From: Acaryochloris thomasi RCC1774
GTDB taxonomy: Bacteria; Cyanobacteriota; Cyanobacteriia; Thermosynechococcales; Thermosynechococcaceae
Direction: 5' to 3'
DNA length: 32,000 nucleotides
NCBI RefSeq assembly: GCF_003231495.1
Contig: NZ_PQWO01000001.1
Coordinates: forward strand, 120,001-152,000
Numbering within the stretch: the first letter of the stretch is position 1; every line of letters starts with the position of its first letter. The position numbers were made by a program, and so were the translations under genes. This document shows positions 16,507 to 24,573 of this stretch, piece after piece. The notes under the pieces are model-generated. The model was not told where the DNA came from, did no database searches, and was given only the letters and a program-made list of their open reading frames with translations.

Positions 16507-16724
16507 TGGTGAGCAATTCAGGCATCTCAGTCCAGGTCAACGGGGCAGCGCATACCTGCCCTGCCTGTACACTGTTGCCGGAACTGCTGGTGCAGCTCCA
16601 TCTCAATCCCCGACTGATTGCGATTGAATACAATGGCGAAATTCTGCACCGACAATTTTGGGAGAAGACGCCCATCAATGAGGGGGATCGCCTAGAGATC
16701 GTCACGATTGTGGGAGGGGGGTAG
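16506..16724 (+). CDS. thiS: Sulfur-carrier protein ThiS
   Basis: The 72-aa product ends ...GDRLEIVTIVGGG with a C-terminal Gly-Gly, and has VNG.....C..L..LL..L.....IAIE.NGEI......W....I.EGD..EIV. Its ATG overlaps the upstream TAA (TAATG at 16504-16508). Confidence 0.8.
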   Translation: MVSNSGISVQVNGAAHTCPACTLLPELLVQLHLNPRLIAIEYNGEILHRQFWEKTPINEGDRLEIVTIVGGG

Positions 16725-16862
16725 CCTATACGGTGATCCCACCCGTGCTTGGGATGAATCGATCCCGGCAAGAGCGTTACACTGATTTCCAGATGGGTTA
16801 TCCTGTTTGCGATCGCAAAGTCTCAGGTATCCGTACCAACATCGCTGTTCACGTCAGCTCCA

Positions 16863-17846
16863 ATGAGCACCATGAATAAGAAATTTTCTTCAATCCTTAG
16901 AATCTTCTCCCGTGGCGTCTTTGCCGCACTTTTAATCGGAACGCTAGTGGTCAGCACTGCAGATAGTGCCTTGGCCGCTCGCACCGGAGGCCGCATGGGG
17001 GGCGGTAGTTTCCGGCGCTCGGTACCGTCCCGCAGCTATCGCGCTCCGGCCCGCAGAAGTCCCGGTGGCGGCTACGGCGGTGGATATTCCCGTGGCTATG
17101 GTCGCGGGGGTGGGCTTGGCTTTCCGTTTCTGATTCCATTTTTCGGCATCGGTGGCGGGTTTGGAAGTTTGTTCTCGGTTTTAATCGTCATTGCGATCGC
17201 AAACTTCTTAATCAACAGTTTCCGCAACATTGGTGGCGGCGGGTCGGACGGCTACAGCAGCCCGCAGAGCGTTACCAACCCTCCCGTTACCATCAGCCAA
17301 GTGCAGGTGGGCCTACTTGCAGAAGCCCGTGGTCTGCAGCCAGAACTCGACCGGATCGCGCAATCAGCCAACACTGGTTCTAGTGCCGGTCTCGCAAAAC
17401 TTCTGCAGGAAACGACCTTAGCCTTACTGCGGAACCCAGAGTACTGGGCCTACGCCACTGCTGAATCTGATCAAACTCGCTTAGCCACTGCAGAAGCCGC
17501 CTTCAACAACTTGGCGTTGACGGAGCGCAGTAAGTTTCAAGCCGAGACGCTATCGAACGTCAGATCTGAGCTACAGCAAAAGGAACAGACTGACGCTCTG
17601 GTTAAATCTGAGTCCAATGCCCCCAGCGAGTACATTGTGGTTACGCTGCTCGTTGCTTCTCAGGGTAAGCTGACACTACCGCAACTCAAATCAGAAGCCG
17701 ATCTACGTCAGGCATTGAATAAACTGGGAGCCGTTTCCAGCGAGGAACTCATTGCTCTAGAAGCCCTCTGGACACCCCAGGCATCAGGAGACACGCTCAC
17801 TTCAGATGATTTAGTCTCTGCTTACCCAGACTTAAAACTGCTGTAG
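16863..17846 (+). CDS. DUF1517 domain membrane protein
   Basis: The product has a signal/TM segment, a Gly/Arg-rich stretch (GGRMGGGSFRR...GGGYGGGYSRGYGRGGG), a TM segment (FSVLIVIAIANFLI) and a C-terminal soluble domain. This is the architecture of the cyanobacterial/chloroplast DUF1517 family. Confidence 0.8.
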   Translation: MSTMNKKFSSILRIFSRGVFAALLIGTLVVSTADSALAARTGGRMGGGSFRRSVPSRSYRAPARRSPGGGYGGGYSRGYGRGGGLGFPFLIPFFGIGGGFGSLFSVLIVIAIANFLINSFRNIGGGGSDGYSSPQSVTNPPVTISQVQVGLLAEARGLQPELDRIAQSANTGSSAGLAKLLQETTLALLRNPEYWAYATAESDQTRLATAEAAFNNLALTERSKFQAETLSNVRSELQQKEQTDALVKSESNAPSEYIVVTLLVASQGKLTLPQLKSEADLRQALNKLGAVSSEELIALEALWTPQASGDTLTSDDLVSAYPDLKLL

Positions 17847-17868
17847 GGCAAACCGTTTTGAACCCATC

Positions 17869-17897
17869 GCCCAGATTTTAACAATCTGGGCTTTTTT
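17869..17897 (+). terminator. Rho-independent terminator after the DUF1517 gene
   Basis: GCCCAGATT (17869-17877) pairs with AATCTGGGC (17883-17891) around a 5-nt loop, followed by TTTTTT (17892-17897). Confidence 0.75.
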
Positions 17898-17922
17898 ATG
17901 GCCCCACAACGCGAATAGAACT

Positions 17923-19431
17923 ATGACTGCATCACCACAAAAACGAATCGTCGTTGTCGGCGCGGGTTGGGCCGGACTCGGCGCAGCCTATCACCTGACT
18001 CAGCAAGGCTATGACGTGACGCTTTTAGAAGCTGGAGAACATCCCGGTGGACTGGTGGCAGGCTGGGAGACAGCAGGGGGTCGAGCCGTCGAAGCAGGCA
18101 TCCACGGATTTTGGTACCCCTATAAAAATATCTTTGGCCTAGTGGATCACTTAGGACTGCGGCCCTTCACCCCCTGGACCCAATCCTCGCAATATTCCCC
18201 CGAGGGGCTGGAGGCAGTGTCTCCTATTTTTCAGGACCAGCCTCGGTTACCAATGCCGCTGGGAACCTTTGCCTACCCCAAGTTTCCGCGCTTGCCTCTG
18301 GTGGATAGGCTATCGGCTTTTCCGCTCATTCATGCAGTGGTTGACTTCGACAATTCCGATGAGGCTTGGCGACGCTATGACGGCATGACGGCCCGTGAGC
18401 TGTTTAAGCAATATGGGGTTTCCGCCAGACTCTACAAGGATGCCTTTGAGGCGATGTTGCTGGTGGGTCTATTTGCCCCCGGCGAGCAGTGTTCGGCAGC
18501 GGCAGCGCTGGGAATGCTCTACTACTTTATCTTGGCCCACCAGCCTGATTTTGACGTGGTCTGGTGTCGCGGCACGGTGGGGGAAATGATCTTTCGGCCC
18601 TGGTGCGATCGCATCTCCAAAGCGGGTGGCAAAATTCTCACCCAGCGTCGGGTCACGGACCTTCGACTAGATGAATCCGGTCAGCCAAATGCTGTCATCT
18701 GTGGCGATGAAGTCTTTGAAGCCGACGCCGTAATCTTCTCCGTCGGCATCTCTGGGATGCAAAGTATCGTACGCGGAAGTTCAGCGCTGCAGCAGCAGGC
18801 CAAGTTCCGGGACGTGATGAATCTGGGATCCGTAGATGTCTTAGCAACGCGACTGTGGTTTGATCGTCGCGTGCGCGTGCCGCAGCCTTCAAATGCTGGA
18901 TTTGGGTTCCATGCAACGACGGGCTGGACGTTCTTCGATCTGAATGTACTGCACGATGCCTATCGAGATGAAGCAGGGTCAGTAATTGAGGTAGATTTCT
19001 ATCACGCTAATCAATTTTTAGCGATGAGCGATGATGCAATCGTAGAGATGGTGCAAAAGGATCTGACTACCTGCGTTCCGGGATTTGGCGCAGCGAAGGT
19101 GATTGATCACAGCGTCATTCGACTGCCCCGAGCGGTGACCCATTTTGCCCCCGGCAGCTATCAATATTTGCTCCCGGCTCAAACAGAGTTTAATAACGTA
19201 TATCTTAGCGGCGACTGGATCGTGAATCGGCACGGGTCTTGGTCGCAGGAAAAAGCCTATGTGACGGGGCTTGAGGCGGCTAATTTGATTTGCGATCGCT
19301 TTGGGCAGGGCCAAAAAGCTGAGATTATCCCAGTGGAAGCCGATGAGCCACATATTCAGTTTGCGCGATCCATCAACAAAACGATTCGTGGTTTTCAAAA
19401 AGTGCTCACACCTAATTTCTGGTTACCTTAG
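17923..19431 (+). CDS. NAD(P)/FAD-dependent oxidoreductase (amine-oxidase / phytoene-desaturase-like fold)
   Basis: The N-terminus has the dinucleotide-binding motif RIVVVGAGWAGLGAAYHL...GYDVTLLEA...PGG. The C-terminus has the ...YLSGDW... flavin-binding motif. The substrate cannot be inferred. Confidence 0.75.
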   Translation: MTASPQKRIVVVGAGWAGLGAAYHLTQQGYDVTLLEAGEHPGGLVAGWETAGGRAVEAGIHGFWYPYKNIFGLVDHLGLRPFTPWTQSSQYSPEGLEAVSPIFQDQPRLPMPLGTFAYPKFPRLPLVDRLSAFPLIHAVVDFDNSDEAWRRYDGMTARELFKQYGVSARLYKDAFEAMLLVGLFAPGEQCSAAAALGMLYYFILAHQPDFDVVWCRGTVGEMIFRPWCDRISKAGGKILTQRRVTDLRLDESGQPNAVICGDEVFEADAVIFSVGISGMQSIVRGSSALQQQAKFRDVMNLGSVDVLATRLWFDRRVRVPQPSNAGFGFHATTGWTFFDLNVLHDAYRDEAGSVIEVDFYHANQFLAMSDDAIVEMVQKDLTTCVPGFGAAKVIDHSVIRLPRAVTHFAPGSYQYLLPAQTEFNNVYLSGDWIVNRHGSWSQEKAYVTGLEAANLICDRFGQGQKAEIIPVEADEPHIQFARSINKTIRGFQKVLTPNFWLP

Positions 19432-19491
19432 AGCCGACTCAACAGGGGGCAATGGGTTGTAGACTTTAGAGACTATAGCCTGTCGCCGCAA

Positions 19492-19737
19492 GTGCCTACC
19501 CTATTTCGTGCTGGCCCCTATCGTTTCTTCTGTTATGCTGGCGATCGTGATGAACCGCCCCACGTTCACGTAGAACGCGACGATAACGAAATCAAGTTTT
19601 GGCTGAAGCCAATCCGCCTGCAAAAGAACAAAGGTTTCAACACTATAGAAATCAATCGAATTCAGAAATTAGTTGAAGAAAATCAAAGGCAACTTCTGGA
19701 GGCATGGAATGACTTCTTTGATATTGGAGACACTTGA
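19492..19737 (+). CDS. DUF4160 domain protein
   Basis: GTG start. The product reads PTLFRAGPYRFFCYAGDRDEPPHVHVERDDNEIKFWL.P.RL..N.GF...E...I..LV.....LLEAWNDFF, the DUF4160 signature. Confidence 0.75.
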   Translation: MPTLFRAGPYRFFCYAGDRDEPPHVHVERDDNEIKFWLKPIRLQKNKGFNTIEINRIQKLVEENQRQLLEAWNDFFDIGDT

Positions 19738-20029
19738 TATCCCAGAGGCACAACAAGTTACCATCACGGATGACTCTTTGACGGTTGATTTGGCAGATGG
19801 TCGCACTATTTCTGTACCCCTCGCCTGGTATCCCCGACTATTAAAAGGTTCATCAGACGAACGTAATAACTGGCGACTGACGGGTAGTCGGGAAGGGATT
19901 CACTGGCCTGACCTCGACGAAGATGTCAGCGTCAAAAATATTCTTTTGGGACAGCCTTCGGGCGAAAGTCAAAAATCACTTCAACGGTGGCTAGAATCAC
20001 GCAAAAGGCGAATTTCTCAAAACCATTGA
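19709..20029 (+). CDS. DUF2442 domain protein
   Basis: I moved the start to the ATG at 19709, so the gene overlaps the DUF4160 3' end by 29 nt. The product reads DDSLTVDLADGRTISVPLAWYPRLL.....ER.NW.L.G...GIHWPDLDEDVSV..IL.G, the DUF2442 signature. Confidence 0.75.
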   Translation: MTSLILETLDIPEAQQVTITDDSLTVDLADGRTISVPLAWYPRLLKGSSDERNNWRLTGSREGIHWPDLDEDVSVKNILLGQPSGESQKSLQRWLESRKRRISQNH

Positions 20030-20188
20030 AAAGGATTCATAGGTCAGCCAAAGTCTAAACAGCGAAAGCTACGGCGGTGAATCTTGTGTACCCTCTCAAT
20101 CTTTAGCCAACAAGCCAAGACAGAAACCTCCACAACGACTCCTGGAAACATCAGAGTTGTCCTGGAGGGCCAAAGTTCAGTCTAATTG

Positions 20189-21235
20189 CTAGCGCTTAGC
20201 AGGCTGATAGAAAACTTTGCTTCCCTGATCAGAAACATAGAAGCAAGTACGGCAAGAGTTCCAGAACGTCTTCCAGATTGGTTCTTTGGCAACTCGATAG
20301 TGCTCACCCAACACAGGCTTAATCGCCTCCGTCGCCTCTAGCAGATGATAGTGAGGGATGCTGAGAAAAACGTGATGAGCTACATGAGTACCGATGTTGT
20401 GATGAATCGGATTGAAGAAGCCATAATCTTGGTCAATAGTGGACAGGGCACCCTTCAAAAAGTACCAGTCATTACCGCGATACCAAGGCATATCTTCAAC
20501 CGTGTGGTGCAGATAAGTCACCAGATCGAGCCAGACCACAAACACCAGATAGGGCATCACATAATAGGTCAGCAGCCAGACAAGTCCAAACTTAATGCCC
20601 AAGCCAACCAAGAGAGTCACCATCAACCCCCAACAGACCGTACTGGTGATCACATCCCACTTTTCGCTGGGGCGGAACAAGTCACTACTAGGCAGAAAGT
20701 GAGAACCTGTTTTACCCGGTGACCGGCGAAATAGATAGATGGGATAAGCCAGCAGGAAAAGATAAAAACGAATAAACTTACCCGCCCCAGACATTTCGTC
20801 ATACTGGCTCTCTAAAGTCGGGTGCCAGCTTTCATCGGTATCAACATTGCCTGTATTTGCGTGGTGGGTACGATGGCTAATGCGCCAGCCGTGGAACGGG
20901 ACCAAGATCGGCGTATGGCTGAGGTGACCGACCAGATCGTTCAACCATCGGTATTTTGAGAACGAGCGGTGACCACAATCGTGCCCCACGACAAAAAGTG
21001 CCCAGAACATAGTGCCCTGCATAAACCAAAATAGCGGGAAAAACCAAGCGCTATTGAGGGTTGCAGCCAGCCAATACAAGAAAGTGATAATTCCGATATC
21101 TAAAAAAAAGTAGGCTAGAGATCGCCCAGCATTTGATTCAAAGCAGTGTTCAGGAATCGCACTGCGGACATCCTGTAGCGTGAAGGGCAAGATCTCCCGT
21201 TCCAGAACAGGCTTTGAAGTTAGGTTTGAAGTCAC
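20189..21235 (-). CDS. desB: Omega-3 (delta-15) acyl-lipid desaturase
   Basis: The three His boxes are HDCGH, HRTHH and HVAHH. The product is almost collinear with Synechocystis DesB (LPFTLQ..R.AIP..CFE......L.YFFLD, GWRISHRTHHANTGN.DTDESW, YLFRRSP...GSHF.P.S.LFRP.EK, WYRG.DWYFLKGALSTID.DYGF.NPIHH.IGTHVAHH) and is clearly unlike DesA. Confidence 0.85.
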   Translation of the reverse strand: MTSNLTSKPVLEREILPFTLQDVRSAIPEHCFESNAGRSLAYFFLDIGIITFLYWLAATLNSAWFFPLFWFMQGTMFWALFVVGHDCGHRSFSKYRWLNDLVGHLSHTPILVPFHGWRISHRTHHANTGNVDTDESWHPTLESQYDEMSGAGKFIRFYLFLLAYPIYLFRRSPGKTGSHFLPSSDLFRPSEKWDVITSTVCWGLMVTLLVGLGIKFGLVWLLTYYVMPYLVFVVWLDLVTYLHHTVEDMPWYRGNDWYFLKGALSTIDQDYGFFNPIHHNIGTHVAHHVFLSIPHYHLLEATEAIKPVLGEHYRVAKEPIWKTFWNSCRTCFYVSDQGSKVFYQPAKR

Positions 21236-21545
21236 GTTGTTGAAGTTAATGAATGAGGTATGAGAGGGTCTTTGATTGGCCTACGGCCATCGCGGAGCAG
21301 TTCACAACTTCAGTGCGGACTCCGAACAGACCAACTGCAATTGTAGAGCTTAACGTTACTTTATGAATAATTGATACAGTAATTCAGGTCACCTCATTCA
21401 TCAAATTTTGAATTATGATGGGCGTTTTCCGGGACTTTCAGAGCTTGAGCAAGTATTTTTACTTGACGTCTGGGACACGAGGGCAAGCGTACATCAATCA
21501 CATTTGCACATCTCTTTTTGTTGTTGCCTGGGAGTCCGTCGCGAA

Positions 21546-23606
21546 ATGTCCTCATTCTTTACCTATCCCGATAGCGTTAAGGGCAAGCAGGTTGATACCT
21601 ATCACGGTGTAGCCGTTGCAGACCCATACCGATGGCTCGAAGATCCAGAGCAAGCACACAAGTGGATTGCAGCTCAGAATAAAGTCACCTTTGACTATCT
21701 CGAGACGCTGTCAGCCCGCGACACCATTCAGGCAAGACTGACAGAGCTTTGGAACTACGAGCGCTATGGGATGCCGTTTAAGCGGGGCGACCGCTATTTC
21801 TTTCGCAAAAACGACGGCCTCCAAAATCAAAGCATTCTCTATACACAGTCATCCCTAGAGGCTGAAGCCCAAGTCTTGCTCGATCCCAATGCTCTTTCCA
21901 CCGATGGTACAGTGGCGCTGATGAATACTGCCGTCAGTGAGAATGGTCAATATCTCACCTATGGTTTATCGACAGCGGGGTCAGACTGGATGGAATTTCG
22001 GGTTCGTGATGTTGCGACGGGGGAAGACCTTTCGGATCATCTCCAGTGGGTCAAGTTCTCGGGGGCATCCTGGACTCACGACCATCAGGGCTTCTTCTAT
22101 AGTCGCTATGCGAAACCAGAAAATGAGTTTGAGCAGGTCAATCACTACCAAAAGCTTTACTACCATCGCCTTGGCACTCCCCAATCGGAAGATCGATTGA
22201 TCTATGAGCGAACCGATCAAAAAGAATGGGGCTTCAACGGCAGCGTCACCGAGGATGGGCGCTATCTGCTGATTTATGTCTGGCGCGGGACCGATCCTAA
22301 GAACCTGCTGTTCTACCAAGATTTGCAGCAGCCCGATGCCCCAATTGTGGAGTTACTCGATGAGTTTGAAGCTGATTACAGCGTTATTGGGTGTGACGGC
22401 AGCACTTTCTGGATCCAGACGGATCTGAAAGCCCCTCGGGGACGAGTGATGGCCGTTGACATGAACCGTCCAGAAAAAGAGCACTGGCAAGAGATCATTC
22501 CTGAGACGGCAGATACGCTGCAGAGCGTTAGCCTTATCAATGATCAGTTCATTGCCAACTATCTCCAGGATGCCCACACGATCATCAAGATCATGGCGCT
22601 GGACGGTAGCTCTAGCCAGGACTTCGAGCTACCAGGGATTGGCTCTGTTAGCGGATTCGGTGGTAAACGTGCAGATGCGGAAACGTTTTACGCGTTCACA
22701 AGTTTCACAACGCCTACTACGATCTATCGCTGTGACTTAACAACTGGCATTAGCCAAGTTTTCCGGCAGCCGCAGGTGGATTTTGATCCGAATGATTATG
22801 AAACACGACAGGTGTTCTACCCCAGTAAGGATGGCACACAGATTCCGATGTTTATTGTGCATCGAAAGGGCATTGAACTAAACGGGCAAAATCCAACACT
22901 ACTTTATGGGTACGGCGGTTTTAATGTTTCGATTACACCCAGCTTTAGCGCTCAGTATTTGCAGTGGATGGAGATTGGAGGGGTATATGCGATCGCAACT
23001 CTACGCGGCGGCGGCGAGTACGGCGAAACCTGGCATCAAGCGGGCACCAAACACAATAAGCAAACCGTCTTCGATGACTTCATCGCCGCCGCAGACTGGC
23101 TGATCGCCTCGAATTACGCCTCATCAACAAAGCTTGCAATTATGGGCGGCAGCAACGGCGGCCTACTGGTGGGAGCCTGCATGACTCAGCGCCCCGATCT
23201 CTTTGCTGCCGCTCTACCCGCAGTCGGCGTCATGGATATGCTGCGCTTCAACAAATTCACTATTGGCTGGGCCTGGGAAGCAGAATATGGTTCTCCAGAA
23301 AATGCAGAAGACTTCAAGACGCTCTACGCATACTCGCCTCTACACAATCTAAAAGAAGGAACGGCCTACCCAGCGACCCTAATCACAACGGCGGACCATG
23401 ACGATCGCGTGGTGCCCGCCCACAGCTTTAAGTTCGCAGCGGCTCTGCAGGCAGCCCATTCAGGTCAGGCTCCCGTGATGATTCGTATTGAGACAAAAGC
23501 AGGGCACGGGGCTGGGAAGCCGATCACGAAAATCATTGATGAAGCAGCGGATAAATGGGCATTTTTGACCGAGGTTTTAGACTTTTATCCCAGCGGACTT
23601 TCATAA
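21546..23606 (+). CDS. Prolyl oligopeptidase (S9A serine peptidase)
   Basis: The N-terminus reads ...YHGV.V.DPYRWLED. The C-terminal catalytic domain reads ...A.MGGSNGGLLVGAC.TQRPDLF.AA...VGV.DMLRF..FTIG..W..EYG.P.....F..L..YSP.HN......YPA.L..T.DHDDRV.P.HS.KF. I moved the start to the ATG at 21546, because the upstream 46 codons of the track ORF look non-coding. Confidence 0.9.
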   Translation: MSSFFTYPDSVKGKQVDTYHGVAVADPYRWLEDPEQAHKWIAAQNKVTFDYLETLSARDTIQARLTELWNYERYGMPFKRGDRYFFRKNDGLQNQSILYTQSSLEAEAQVLLDPNALSTDGTVALMNTAVSENGQYLTYGLSTAGSDWMEFRVRDVATGEDLSDHLQWVKFSGASWTHDHQGFFYSRYAKPENEFEQVNHYQKLYYHRLGTPQSEDRLIYERTDQKEWGFNGSVTEDGRYLLIYVWRGTDPKNLLFYQDLQQPDAPIVELLDEFEADYSVIGCDGSTFWIQTDLKAPRGRVMAVDMNRPEKEHWQEIIPETADTLQSVSLINDQFIANYLQDAHTIIKIMALDGSSSQDFELPGIGSVSGFGGKRADAETFYAFTSFTTPTTIYRCDLTTGISQVFRQPQVDFDPNDYETRQVFYPSKDGTQIPMFIVHRKGIELNGQNPTLLYGYGGFNVSITPSFSAQYLQWMEIGGVYAIATLRGGGEYGETWHQAGTKHNKQTVFDDFIAAADWLIASNYASSTKLAIMGGSNGGLLVGACMTQRPDLFAAALPAVGVMDMLRFNKFTIGWAWEAEYGSPENAEDFKTLYAYSPLHNLKEGTAYPATLITTADHDDRVVPAHSFKFAAALQAAHSGQAPVMIRIETKAGHGAGKPITKIIDEAADKWAFLTEVLDFYPSGLS

Positions 23607-23645
23607 CGGGCAAAGCCATCTACTATTTCAAATAGCTGAGTGGAT

Positions 23646-24389
23646 CTAGCCACCGACGGGCAAGCGGTTGAGCATTTCTTTATGGAACTTCCATTGGGGC
23701 ATAAACTGATCCATGAAGGCCTTAAATCGACTGTTGTGGCTAGCCTCTAGTAAGTGAACCATTTCGTGAATAACAACATACTCTAGACACTCAGGGGGCT
23801 TCTTAACCAGCTCTAAATTAAAGCGAATGGTCCTTAGCGTTGGCGTGCAGCTTCCCCACTTCGTTTTCATTTTTCTGATCTTGAAGTCTGCGACTTTCAC
23901 CCCCATACGCGGCTCCCATCGGGCAATCAGGGGAGGAATGGCATTTTCGAGCTGTTGACGGTAGGTACTCTCTACAATCGCACGCTTCTCAAGGACATCA
24001 CTCCCAGGACGGACCTGCAACAGCATTTGATCGTGGGTGAAGCTCAGGTGGGGAGTGGCGTCTTTTTCGACAATCTCTAGCAGATAATGCCGACCCCACA
24101 GGTAGTGACTTTCTTGGTTAAGGTATTCGCGGGGTGCTTCACGATGCTGCGCACGGATTCTTTGCTGTTGTTTTTTAATCCAGCCCATTTTAGAGAGCGC
24201 AAACTCATGAATCGCCTCTGTTTTCATACGGAAGGGAGCTGAAATCCGCACGTTACCTGCAGGAGGATGAACGCTGAGATTGACATTCTTGATATTCTTT
24301 TTGACCACACTGATGGGAATCTCACCCAGGTAGATGGTCTGCTGATTACCCATACCGATAGACCTACCCATATTCGGATTGCTGTCCAC
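23646..24389 (-). CDS. YgjP-like (DUF45/M48-type, SprT-like) zinc metallopeptidase
   Basis: The C-terminal HEMVHL (HExxH) is followed by ...H...F......P.W. The N-terminus reads ...VKKNIKN.NLSV.P..G.VRISAP....E.I..F......WI.K, as in YgjP. The true start may be one of the internal Met codons. Confidence 0.75.
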   Translation of the reverse strand: MDSNPNMGRSIGMGNQQTIYLGEIPISVVKKNIKNVNLSVHPPAGNVRISAPFRMKTEAIHEFALSKMGWIKKQQQRIRAQHREAPREYLNQESHYLWGRHYLLEIVEKDATPHLSFTHDQMLLQVRPGSDVLEKRAIVESTYRQQLENAIPPLIARWEPRMGVKVADFKIRKMKTKWGSCTPTLRTIRFNLELVKKPPECLEYVVIHEMVHLLEASHNSRFKAFMDQFMPQWKFHKEMLNRLPVGG

Positions 24390-24434
24390 ATAGCAGCCAA
24401 AGAAGAGTGATCATACTTTCTATCAATATCAAAA

Positions 24435-24521
24435 CGGAGAGGGGGGGATTCGAACCCCCGTTAGGTGTGACCCTAAAGTAGTTTTCGAGACTACCGCATT
24501 CAACCACTCTGCCACCTCTCC
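24435..24521 (-). tRNA. tRNA-Ser (anticodon CGA), class II with a long variable arm; no encoded CCA
   Basis: The reverse complement is GGAGAGGTGGCAGAGTGGTTGAATGCGGTAGTCTCGAAAACTACTTTAGGGTCACACCTAACGGGGGTTCGAATCCCCCCTCTCCG. The acceptor stem is GGAGAGG/CCTCTCC, the anticodon loop is CT-CGA-AA, and the T-loop is GTTCGAATC. Confidence 0.9.
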
Positions 24522-24573
24522 CGGTGGGGTCTCACCTATTCTACAGGGTTGATTGAACGATTATGAACGGCCC

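Noticed and set aside
20127-20168. Possible desB terminator hairpin (CCTCCA..CAAC / GTTG..TGGAGG)
   Set aside because: The stem is interrupted and the loop is long. The T-rich tract on the minus strand is weak (TTTCTGTCTT). This is not enough support to list it as a feature.
21408-21545. N-terminal extension of the prolyl oligopeptidase ORF (TTG start in the track)
   Set aside because: The family N-terminus (...YHGV.V.DPYRWLED) begins just after the ATG at 21546. The upstream 46 codons include FCCCLG-type junk. The same reasoning applies to the VOC gene extension at 3778-3891.
23607-24434. Integrated element using tRNA-Ser as an attachment site
   Set aside because: There is no integrase, and I could find no direct repeat of the tRNA 3' end flanking the peptidase gene. 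I kept it only as a low-interest remark.
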